Origin: a virus
Strand: one strand, 5' to 3'
IMG/VR virus record: IMGVR_UViG_3300049169_000021
Coordinates: 1 to 64,000 of that record
Length of the DNA: 64,000 nucleotides
Below, one piece after another: positions 27,186 to 35,382 of this stretch; position 1 is the first letter of the stretch; the number at the start of each line of letters is the position of its first letter. A program made the position numbers and the translations under genes. Under the pieces are notes generated by a model. That model made no database searches, was not told where the DNA came from, and was given only the letters and a program-made list of their open reading frames with translations.

Positions 27186-28387
27186 CAGGCGGCCGGGTGA
27201 GCGAGGATGCGCAGGGCGTCCGGGCGGACGACGTCGCCGCCGACCCGCATCCGGATCTTCCAGCCGATCATGCCGTCCTCGGCATACAGCTGGTCCAGGA
27301 CCTTCACCGTCATGCCCTGCCGGTCGTAGATGCGGTATCCGGCGTTGAAGTCACCGAACGCCACCGACCGGGCGGAGGCGGCCACGGAGGCGATGTCTTC
27401 CTGGTTCTCCAGCATGTAGCCGAGGAACGTGTTCGGACGGCCGGCCTGGTTGGACGGCTGCCACATGTACTGGCCGTTCAGGTCCTTCAGCACGGAGATG
27501 GCCAGCTCGGTGGTGGACGACAGCGCGAAGCGGCCGTTGCGCCGGTACTGCGCGGGCACCGCGTAGATCAGCTTCTTCATGTCGTCGACGGAGATGGCCG
27601 CAGCCGCCGCTGCTGCGACGGTCGACACACCGCCGCCAGCGGTCATGAAGCCGACCGGCTGCTGGCTGGCGTGTCCGGTGCCGATGGTGAACGCGGTGTC
27701 CTCGGCCTCGCCGACAGCGCGGGAGAACGAGTCGCGGACGAACGACTCCAGGTTGACGTCGGTGTCGTCGAGCTCGTCCTCGCCGATCTTCGCCAGACCG
27801 TACAGGTCCTCGACGTAGGTGAACTCTTCCGTCGGGGTGTCGGGCATGGAGTCGGTGAGGGCGGTGCCGGTCTCCAGCTTGCCCCAGCCGACGGTCACCT
27901 CGTCCAGGCTCCGCCTGCGGACCCGGTTGGAGGTGGTGGGGCGGGTGCTGGCCATGCTGCGCACGACGGTCAGCGCGGGCAGGGCCCGGATGATCTCGGT
28001 CTCCAGGTCCTCCGGCACGAGGATCTCGCCGGCCGTGTTCTCCACCAGGGCGCGCTGCTCGGGCGCCATGCGCGGCAGACCGCGGCGCAGAGCCTGGAAG
28101 AACGCGGCCCGGCGTTCCTGGGCGCGCTGCTCGTCGGTGCCGCGATTGCCGTCGTCCGGGCCGTTGCCGCGGCGGATCGGCTCGGCCATCTGCGCGGCCC
28201 GCTGCTCCTCGGCCTCCAGGCGCTGGATGCGCTCGGTCAGCGAGCGGAAATCTTCCTCGTGCCGGTCGTAGGACTGGCGCTCTTCGGCGTTCAGGCTGCG
28301 GTTCTCGCCCTCGGCTCGTTCGGTGATGGACCGCATCGACTCGACGACGCCGGCCCGCTGCTGCCGCAGCTCCACGCTGGTGGGCAT
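27185..28387 (-). CDS. HK97-fold major capsid protein
   Basis: N-terminal coiled-coil delta domain; GEILVPE...LKDLNGQYMWQP...FGDF...R.GG. Confidence 0.95.
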   Translation of the reverse strand: MPTSVELRQQRAGVVESMRSITERAEGENRSLNAEERQSYDRHEEDFRSLTERIQRLEAEEQRAAQMAEPIRRGNGPDDGNRGTDEQRAQERRAAFFQALRRGLPRMAPEQRALVENTAGEILVPEDLETEIIRALPALTVVRSMASTRPTTSNRVRRRSLDEVTVGWGKLETGTALTDSMPDTPTEEFTYVEDLYGLAKIGEDELDDTDVNLESFVRDSFSRAVGEAEDTAFTIGTGHASQQPVGFMTAGGGVSTVAAAAAAAISVDDMKKLIYAVPAQYRRNGRFALSSTTELAISVLKDLNGQYMWQPSNQAGRPNTFLGYMLENQEDIASVAASARSVAFGDFNAGYRIYDRQGMTVKVLDQLYAEDGMIGWKIRMRVGGDVVRPDALRILAHPAA

Positions 28388-28452
28388 GGGGGTCTCCTCA
28401 CAGGGGTGAAGGGTGGGATGGTCCCGGGCCGGACGGCCGGGAAGTGGAGGGG

Positions 28453-29193
28453 TTACAGCTGCGCGAGCAGTTCCATCTCGTGCAGCCGGTGACGGGCCCG
28501 TTCGGCGGGGTAGCCGGGCTCGGGCAGGGAGCGGGCGTCGGCGGCCTCCAGCAGCGCGTCGAGCGCGTCGCGGGCGTCCTGCACCAGCTGCCGGTTCGAG
28601 GCGGACAGGACCTTGCCCGCGCGCATCTCCGCGAGCGCACGCGTGACCTGCTCCGTGTCCGGGGCCTCAAGCGGCCCGAGTTGACGGGCGGCGGCCGAGC
28701 GGAGCTCCGCCGAGGTCGCGGCGAACGCCGGGTACGTCACGACGCTGACGTCGCCGCCGTCCAGGTCGATGCCGAACACCTCGTGGGTGTTGCCCGCCCA
28801 GCCGTCGGCGGTGACCCAGAACCCGAACGACATCTGCGTGATGTCGCCCCGCTCCAGGGACACGGCCAGGTCGCGGGCGTAGGACACGTCCGCCATGTCC
28901 GCCTCGACGAGCACGCCGGCGTCGTCCTCGGCGAGCGTGGCCGTCCCGGCGGCCGTGCGGGCCAGCAGCAGGTTCGGGTCGTGGTTGATCAGGAACCTGA
29001 CGTCCGGATTCGCGGCCAGGGTGCGGGTCGCGGCCCCCGGCACGATCCGTTCGCGCCAGCCGCCCATGTCCTCGGACATCGAGTCGTAGACGATGGCCCG
29101 GCCCCTAAAACGCAGCCGGGCCGCCTCGTCGTCGGCGGCCCGGATCTCAAGGTCCGTCAGCGGGAACGCGCGGACCTCACGTGTGCGCGGCAT
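28453..29193 (-). CDS. HK97-family prohead protease
   Basis: LINHDPN...MSFGF...DVSVVTYPAF. Confidence 0.95.
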   Translation of the reverse strand: MPRTREVRAFPLTDLEIRAADDEAARLRFRGRAIVYDSMSEDMGGWRERIVPGAATRTLAANPDVRFLINHDPNLLLARTAAGTATLAEDDAGVLVEADMADVSYARDLAVSLERGDITQMSFGFWVTADGWAGNTHEVFGIDLDGGDVSVVTYPAFAATSAELRSAAARQLGPLEAPDTEQVTRALAEMRAGKVLSASNRQLVQDARDALDALLEAADARSLPEPGYPAERARHRLHEMELLAQL

Positions 29194-29203
29194 CGCGCCT
29201 CCC

Positions 29204-31129
29204 TTACAGGTTGAACTGCAGACGGCAGGTACACCCGGCGATCTCGTCCACGCCGAGCAGGTAGTCGTGCGGCCAACGGCCCTGATGGGTGCCGATGGTG
29301 AACATCTGCCGCAGGCCGACGGTCTGCCCGTCGGCCTCGGAGTGCGTCGGCCTGGGGTTGGGGTCCCACACCCGCCACGTCTTGGTGCGGGCGCCGGCCT
29401 GCTTGGCTCCCTCGTGGGCGCCGAAGTTGGACAGGTAGTTCACCCGTGCCCGCGCGAGCTGCAGGGCTCGGGCCTGCGTCATCCGCCCGAACATCGCCTG
29501 CACGTCGGCGGGCGCGTTGGAGACGGTGAACTGATGCGCCAGCTCCCGGCGGGTAGTGGCGTTGATGTTCGCGGCGGTGGCCGCCGCACCGGCCGCCAGC
29601 ACGGACAGGGTCTGCTCGGCCGCGAACGCACCGCCGAGCGTGGCGGCCGTCGAGGCGCCGACCTCGGCGACCACGCCGCGGGCGAGCAGCAGCAGGATCG
29701 CGGTCAGTTCCTCGTTCTCCGCGGCCTCGTCGATGATCTCCTCGGCGGTCGCGTCCGGCCGCAAGTTCAGCTCGGCCAGCACCCGCTCGCCCTGCTCGGC
29801 GAAGAACTCGGCGATCTGCTCGTGATGCCGCTGCACCCAGGCGGGCAGCTCCTCCAGCGACGGGGACTCCGCCGTCTCCGCCCGCTGGTGCGGGCGGCGC
29901 GGCAGGGCACGCTGCTCGGCTGGTGCTGGGCTGCCGGCGGGCACCATGTTCAGCGGCTGCAGGTACTCATCCCCGCCCTCGATCGGCGGTTCGTCCTCCT
30001 TGGCGCGGATCTCGTTGACGGACATCCAGCCCCACTGGCGGGCCTGCGCGTAGCCGCTGAAGCGTTGCGGGGTGTCACCCCGCAGCAGCGCGTCCGGGTT
30101 GAACTTCATGTAGACGCTGGGGTCGCCGAGCAGATGCCGGGCGGTGCGCTCCATGCGGGTCAGCCATGGCAGCAGCGAGTAGATGACGTAGCCGAGGGAC
30201 TGCTGCTCGATGCCGGAGCCCCACGACGTGGACCGCTCCACGTCGCCGATCATGTGCGGCGGCACGCCGAAGATTCCCGCGATCTCCGTGCGGGTGAGCT
30301 TGTAGACCTCGAGGAACTGGGCGTCCGCCGGGGACAGCGTGGTCTTGTCCCACTTCGCGCCGCCTTCCATCACGGCCAGGCGGTGGGACTTGTCGAAGCC
30401 TTCGTGCAGGTCCTGCCACTGGCGGGTCAGCCGCTCGTACTGTCTGTCGTCCAGCTTGCCTGGCACCGACACGACGCCACCTGGGGAGGCGTCGCGGGCG
30501 AAGAACCCGCCGATGTAGGAGGTGGCCGCGAAGCCGGTGCCGACCGCCTGGCGGGCCATGCCGATCGGTGACAGGCCCTCGATGCCGCCGATGCCGAAGC
30601 TGCGGAAGTGCAGCAGGTTCTCAGCACGGACCAGGCCGTCCTGCTCCCGGATCGGTGCCCACTCTTCGTCAGCCAGGGTGACCTTGTAGACGAGTTCCCC
30701 GGTGTTCCTCACCCGGCGCGGCTCGACACTCGTCCACGCGATCGGCCACAGGCCGACCGGCTGCCCTCCGCCCGAGCGCTCGATGTAGGCCGCGGCGTTG
30801 CCGCGTAGCAGCATCCATCCCAGGACCTGCGCCCAGAACTCCCCAGCGGGCAACTGCGGGTTGGCCTGGTAGGTCACCAGCGGTGTCACGGGGTGTTCGT
30901 CGAACGGCACACGGGAGTTGCCCTGCCGCTGGAACACGCCGGTCGGCAGCATGCTGCCGGTCTCGGCCAGCAGCCGGATGCACGAGTAGACCGCGGCCAC
31001 CTGCAGCGCACGCTCGGGCGTGACCCTGACGTCCGCAGCCGTGGAGGAACCAGTCAGCGGCGGCAGGCTCTTGCGCCCCCGTTCCTGGCGCCCCGCACGG
31101 CGGTCGCGGAGACGGCGAAGCAGCGGCAT
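29204..31129 (-). CDS. HK97-family portal protein fused to a C-terminal MuF/gp7-like domain
   Basis: VYSCIRLLAE...GLSPI...IAGIFGVPP; C-terminal KTW...RPTH..ADGQ...CTC. Confidence 0.9.
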   Translation of the reverse strand: MPLLRRLRDRRAGRQERGRKSLPPLTGSSTAADVRVTPERALQVAAVYSCIRLLAETGSMLPTGVFQRQGNSRVPFDEHPVTPLVTYQANPQLPAGEFWAQVLGWMLLRGNAAAYIERSGGGQPVGLWPIAWTSVEPRRVRNTGELVYKVTLADEEWAPIREQDGLVRAENLLHFRSFGIGGIEGLSPIGMARQAVGTGFAATSYIGGFFARDASPGGVVSVPGKLDDRQYERLTRQWQDLHEGFDKSHRLAVMEGGAKWDKTTLSPADAQFLEVYKLTRTEIAGIFGVPPHMIGDVERSTSWGSGIEQQSLGYVIYSLLPWLTRMERTARHLLGDPSVYMKFNPDALLRGDTPQRFSGYAQARQWGWMSVNEIRAKEDEPPIEGGDEYLQPLNMVPAGSPAPAEQRALPRRPHQRAETAESPSLEELPAWVQRHHEQIAEFFAEQGERVLAELNLRPDATAEEIIDEAAENEELTAILLLLARGVVAEVGASTAATLGGAFAAEQTLSVLAAGAAATAANINATTRRELAHQFTVSNAPADVQAMFGRMTQARALQLARARVNYLSNFGAHEGAKQAGARTKTWRVWDPNPRPTHSEADGQTVGLRQMFTIGTHQGRWPHDYLLGVDEIAGCTCRLQFNL

Positions 31130-31302
31130 CAGCGATCACCCCCCGTCGTGTTGCCCAGCACCAGCAAGATGGCGGCCACCGGCAGCAGCGCCAGCCCGGC
31201 TCCGAGCACTCCTTCAAGGGACGCCCCCACCAGGACCACGCCGGCCGTTCCTGCGGCCAGGCCGCACAGCTCGCACAGCCACTGCATTCGCCGCTCGTCC
31301 AC
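31129..31302 (-). CDS. Small membrane protein between terL and portal
   Basis: 57-aa hydrophobic ORF with GGAGG RBS (not in ORF track). Confidence 0.65.
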   Translation of the reverse strand: MDERRMQWLCELCGLAAGTAGVVLVGASLEGVLGAGLALLPVAAILLVLGNTTGGDR

Positions 31303-31323
31303 CGCGCACCCCTCCGTCGTTGA

Positions 31324-33126
31324 TCAGGCGCCGATGATGCGGATGCTCGGCTCCGGCACTTCCTCCGGCTCGACCCGCGCCAGATGCATCGCCAGCGCGT
31401 TCAGCCCGGAGGCCACGCCGTCGATGCGCTTACTGCTCGTCTGCCGGTCGGGCTTGACCGGCTTCACATAGCCGTCGGTGTTCGTCTTCAGGCCCACGCA
31501 GTCGATGTGCCAGCGCAGGATCGGATGCCCGCCGTGCGCGATCCGCTGGGACAGCACCAGGCGCTCCAACTGCTGGCACGGCTGGTTCAGCCCCGCGTAG
31601 CCCTGGGACACCTGCTCCATCTCCAGCCCCGCGTCGGCCAGTTCCTTCACCGTCTCCGTGGCGTTCCACCGGTCGTAGCCGACTGCGAGGATCTCGAACC
31701 GCTCCGCCAGGTCCTCGGTGATCAGCTCCCGCACGGCCCGGTAGTCGACCACGTTGCCCTCAGTCAGCCGCAGCGCCGGACCGGCGTGCGCCGCCGTCTC
31801 CGCCCACCGGTCCAGCGGCACCTTGGTACGCCTCGTCAGCTCCTTGATGCGGTCCTCGGGCAGCCAGAAGAACGGCACCCAGATGTGCGGCTCCACCGGA
31901 TCGTCCGTCTCCGGCGGGAACCACAGACTGAAGGACGTCATGTCCGTGGTGCTCGACAGGTCCAGCCCGCCGTAGCACTGCCTTCCCTCGAGGGCCGACA
32001 GCTCTACCGCCACCGGCACGCCCGAGGGGGTGCGCGCGCTGGCGTCCCAGTCCTCCATCCGCAGCCACCGGGTGGTCTGCTTCGTGCGGACGTTCAGGTG
32101 CAGCCGCAGGTACCGGTTCAGCTGCTGCGGCGAACGCTGCGCCTGCGCGGCCTTGCCCGCCAGGTAGTCCGCCAGCACCGTGACCCCGTAGCCCGGGTTG
32201 GCCGTGCGCAGCGTCTCCTCGGCGAACGGGTCGAACTCCTCGGCCGACTCGTCCGCGCCGAACACCACACCCCACACCGTGGGGTCCTCGGCGTGCCCGC
32301 CGGCCAGGGCCTCGATCTCCTCGCGCTTCGTCGCGTAGATCGAGCCGGTCTCCGCGCCGTCGTCCGCCGTGGTGATGAACACGATCAGCGGCTGGGTACG
32401 CGAGCCGGTACCCGTCTCCAGGGCATCGACGACGTCTGGGTTCTTGTGGACGTGGACCTCGTCGATGACGCCGCCGTGCACGTTGAGACCGTGCGCGCGC
32501 AGACCCTCGCTCGACAGGGCCCGGAAGATGGAGTGCGTGACCGGGTGCTCCAGCAGCTTGCGCTGAATGCCCCGACGGCCCAGCTTCCTCTTCAACGGCG
32601 GCGACCCCGACGCCATGTTCGCGGCCGCGCGGAAGACGATGTTCGCCTGGTCGCGGTCACCGGCCGCCGCGTACACCTCCGCGCCGGCCTCCCGGTCCGC
32701 GGCGAACAAGTACAGACCCAGCCCCGAGCAGATCGTGGACTTGCCGTTCTTGCGGGGGATCTCGAACCACACGGTCCGGATCACCCGGTAGCCGTCGGGG
32801 CGCTTCAACCCGAACACCGGCGCGATCAGGTAGCGCACCTGCCAGTCCAGCAGCCGGAACTCACGCCCGGCGTGACGGCCGATCAGCTGCTTCAGCAGCA
32901 GGAAGAACTTCAGGACCCGCTCGACCGCTTCCGGATCGAACCACGTCCCAGGCGGCGCCGGAAGCGGCGTGCACATCAGCGGCCGTCGGCCCTCGGCGAG
33001 CCACTCGGTGCCCTGCACCAGGCCCTCGTCGACCCACCGCGCCACCGCTTCGTCGATCTCGCGCGTCAGCTGCACGCGCCGCGCTGCCTCAGTCGAGGAT
33101 GCCGTCCCCCGGGTCATCGTCGTCAC
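31324..33126 (-). CDS. terL: Terminase large subunit
   Basis: PRKNGKS, IDEVH, ITTA, GLDLS, YDRW, IDG. Confidence 0.95.
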   Translation of the reverse strand: MTTMTRGTASSTEAARRVQLTREIDEAVARWVDEGLVQGTEWLAEGRRPLMCTPLPAPPGTWFDPEAVERVLKFFLLLKQLIGRHAGREFRLLDWQVRYLIAPVFGLKRPDGYRVIRTVWFEIPRKNGKSTICSGLGLYLFAADREAGAEVYAAAGDRDQANIVFRAAANMASGSPPLKRKLGRRGIQRKLLEHPVTHSIFRALSSEGLRAHGLNVHGGVIDEVHVHKNPDVVDALETGTGSRTQPLIVFITTADDGAETGSIYATKREEIEALAGGHAEDPTVWGVVFGADESAEEFDPFAEETLRTANPGYGVTVLADYLAGKAAQAQRSPQQLNRYLRLHLNVRTKQTTRWLRMEDWDASARTPSGVPVAVELSALEGRQCYGGLDLSSTTDMTSFSLWFPPETDDPVEPHIWVPFFWLPEDRIKELTRRTKVPLDRWAETAAHAGPALRLTEGNVVDYRAVRELITEDLAERFEILAVGYDRWNATETVKELADAGLEMEQVSQGYAGLNQPCQQLERLVLSQRIAHGGHPILRWHIDCVGLKTNTDGYVKPVKPDRQTSSKRIDGVASGLNALAMHLARVEPEEVPEPSIRIIGA

Positions 33127-33547
33127 CCTCCGGCTTCACCGAGCGGAGGCGGGCGTTCGGCGTGATGAACAGCTCCTTCGCCAGAGCCGCAACGGTCGTT
33201 GCCGCCTCCCGCCAGATCTGCCAGGCCGGGTTCTTCGCCGGGCCGTTGCCCGCCCGCCGCTCGGCCACCAGGTCGTCGCTCTGCAGCAGCTGCTCGGCCG
33301 CCACGAACTTCGACCAGGCCGAGCAGTACGTAGCCACCGCAGCCCGGTCCACCTTCGCCAGGACGCCCAGCCGGTCGAGGTCGGGCACGATCCGCTCCCA
33401 CTCGGCGCGTGCCTCGTCATCCAGCCAGTCGGGCACGTCCGGCACGCCGGGCGAGGCGGTCACGCGGGCGGGAGCTGGCCGGCCGCCGGGGTTGCCCCGC
33501 AGGGCACGGACGTTGTCGGACTGGCCGACGGGACCACGGGCACCCAT
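33089..33547 (-). CDS. terS: Terminase small subunit (P27 family)
   Basis: LRGNPG...PDWL...EWERI...KNPA...TPNAR. Confidence 0.9.
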   Translation of the reverse strand: MGARGPVGQSDNVRALRGNPGGRPAPARVTASPGVPDVPDWLDDEARAEWERIVPDLDRLGVLAKVDRAAVATYCSAWSKFVAAEQLLQSDDLVAERRAGNGPAKNPAWQIWREAATTVAALAKELFITPNARLRSVKPEGDDDDPGDGILD

Positions 33548-33697
33548 GGCTCACCCCCAGGGCATGTCACGTGATGTGAGCGGCGGTTACAAGATCCTCA
33601 GAAACCCGGCTGAAACTGGCGGTCGCGCGCGCACCGCCCCCGCCTGCGTTCGAAACCCTCCCCGGCGGAAAGATTCACATCCCCCCTGGGGGTGCGA

Positions 33698-34411
33698 TCA
33701 CGTCGCCGGGGTCATCTGGTCTGCGCGGTAGACGCGCCACCAGGACTCGATCGCTTCAATCGTATCGCCTGGCCGGCCATCTCGGCGAGCGCGGCGCACG
33801 CATTCGTCCTCGGGGATGGCGAGGACCACGACGTGCGCTCCGGGGGTGAGCCGCTCGCGGTCTGCCTGCCTGGGGGCGGTGGCGATGACCCAGACCGCGT
33901 TGAGGTTGTGGGCTCGGTCGAGGCGGGCGAGGACGGCGTCTCTCGCTTCGGCGATGAAGGGCCGCAGGGCGGCGGGGTGTTCGTGGCCGTGGGGTGAGCC
34001 GAGAGCCAGGGCGAGCGCGTCCCAGTCGACGACGAGGTCTCCGGGCTCGGCGTGCTCGCGTACCCAGGTGGTCTTGCCGGAGCAGGGTGGCCCGCACACC
34101 AGGGTGATGCGGGCGGTGTGTTGGAGGCGTCGGCCGCCGTCGGCGAAGCCGGTCTCGCGTGCGGTCTTGGCGTCGTGGCAGGGCTTGCACATGGCTTGGA
34201 GGTTGGCCCGGTCGAACGCGAGCTGCTCGTTGCCTCGGTGGGGTCGGATGTGGTCGACGACGGTGGGTGGGCGTCCGCACCCGGCGCGGCAGAGGGCCTC
34301 TTCGGATAGGACCTGGTCGCGAAGGAGGGCCCATCGTGGGTCGTCGTAGACCCAGCGCCAGGCGGCTGCGGTCTGCCTCGCCTTGCGGCGGTGGGCCGGG
34401 GTCGCGCCCAT
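33698..34411 (-). CDS. HNH endonuclease fused to a P-loop NTPase/kinase domain
   Basis: VVDHIRPH...NLQAMCKPCH then LVCGPPCSGKTT...VVDWD. Confidence 0.85.
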   Translation of the reverse strand: MGATPAHRRKARQTAAAWRWVYDDPRWALLRDQVLSEEALCRAGCGRPPTVVDHIRPHRGNEQLAFDRANLQAMCKPCHDAKTARETGFADGGRRLQHTARITLVCGPPCSGKTTWVREHAEPGDLVVDWDALALALGSPHGHEHPAALRPFIAEARDAVLARLDRAHNLNAVWVIATAPRQADRERLTPGAHVVVLAIPEDECVRRARRDGRPGDTIEAIESWWRVYRADQMTPAT

Positions 34412-34421
34412 TCGTGGCCTC

Positions 34422-34585
34422 CTACAGACGCCGGTCTTGCCGCCACAGTCCGACGGTTGCGGCCGTGAGCGCGAGAGCTCCGACGCCGGCGCCGAGGACG
34501 GCGTTGATGGCGGTCGGGTTGCCGGTCAGCACGAGGTCGGTGGTCGCGGCCGCTACGACGAGCCACAGAACGAGTGCAAGGGACG
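34422..34585 (-). pseudogene. 5'-truncated membrane protein gene
   Basis: SLALVLWLVV...LWRQDRRL* with no in-frame start upstream of the hydrophobic segment. Confidence 0.55.
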
Positions 34586-34665
34586 ATGCACACGTCGGAC
34601 TCGGCGAGGATGCGGGCGCGGAGCTTGCGGTAGTCGTAGCTGACGAGGTCGCCGCGTCCGGCCAT
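34582..34665 (-). pseudogene. 3'-truncated HNH gene
   Basis: MAGRGDLVSYDYRKLRARILAESDVCIV, breaking within the first CxxC. Confidence 0.55.
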
Positions 34666-34667
34666 GG

Positions 34668-34877
34668 CTACTGGCGTCCGGGGAACGGGAGTCCTGCGTG
34701 CTGGTAGCCGAGGCGTCCGGCTTCGGTCTTGTCGACGAGCCCGGTGTTGTAGCCGCAGGTGCAGGTGGCCCACCCGTGGCTGGTGGTCTCCTGGCAGGCC
34801 CATCCGTCCTCGGGCGGCAGGGTCTGGACTTGCCGGGCGATGGTGACGTGGTGTGGTGCGGCGTCGAGGGTCAGCAT
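34668..34877 (-). CDS. Small Zn-ribbon protein
   Basis: WATCTCG...H; GGAGG RBS. Confidence 0.65.
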   Translation of the reverse strand: MLTLDAAPHHVTIARQVQTLPPEDGWACQETTSHGWATCTCGYNTGLVDKTEAGRLGYQHAGLPFPGRQ

Positions 34878-34994
34878 GCGTTCTCCCTCCTGGGCATGAC
34901 GAAGGCCCCGCTGGTGGGCGGGGCCTTGGGTGTCTGTGGTGCCGGTTGTGGGCACAGTTGTTCACCGCGATCGTGACACGGCTCTGACCTGCGG

Positions 34995-35195
34995 TCAAGC
35001 GGCGTTGCTGGTGCGTCTCTCGATGACGAGTGCGGCGACGTCCTGCCAGGCGTACCAGGGTTGTCGTGGTGTGCCGCCGGAGCGCTTCAGCCGGCCGCGT
35101 CGGACGAGTTGGCGGACGCCGTCGAGGCTGATGCCGAGCTGCTGGGCGGTCTGGTGGGCGGTGAGGTGGCCGGGCCGGATGTTCTGCGACTCCAT
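34995..35195 (-). CDS. MerR/HTH_17-like DNA-binding protein
   Basis: LTAHQTAQQLGISLDGVRQLVRRGRL. Confidence 0.8.
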   Translation of the reverse strand: MESQNIRPGHLTAHQTAQQLGISLDGVRQLVRRGRLKRSGGTPRQPWYAWQDVAALVIERRTSNAA

Positions 35196-35280
35196 GGCCC
35201 CATGATGCGTCAGTGGTGTCGGCTGCGAGGGGTACTCAGATTGTGAGTACCCCTGGGCTTTGAGGGGATCGCCTGAAGGC

Positions 35281-35372
35281 CCGAAACCCGAAACCTTGCA
35301 GCTCAGCCCCGATATCGGGGGCGAAACCGGTTTCGGGGTGTGGTGAAACCACAGGCGCTTCCCGAAACCGGT
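35281..35372. repeat. Cluster of (C)GAAACC repeats downstream of traB-like gene (candidate clt)
   Basis: GAAACC at 35283, 35290, 35323, 35345, 35364; inverted copy at 35329. Confidence 0.65.
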
Positions 35373-35382
35373 TCGCGGGGGT

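Noticed and set aside
16809-33165. Long alternative ORFs such as 16809-19625, 18092-20137, 21826-23823, 26903-28492 and 31384-33165
   Set aside because: Shadow frames of real structural genes in high-GC DNA; Arg/Pro/Gly-rich or antisense, with no motifs
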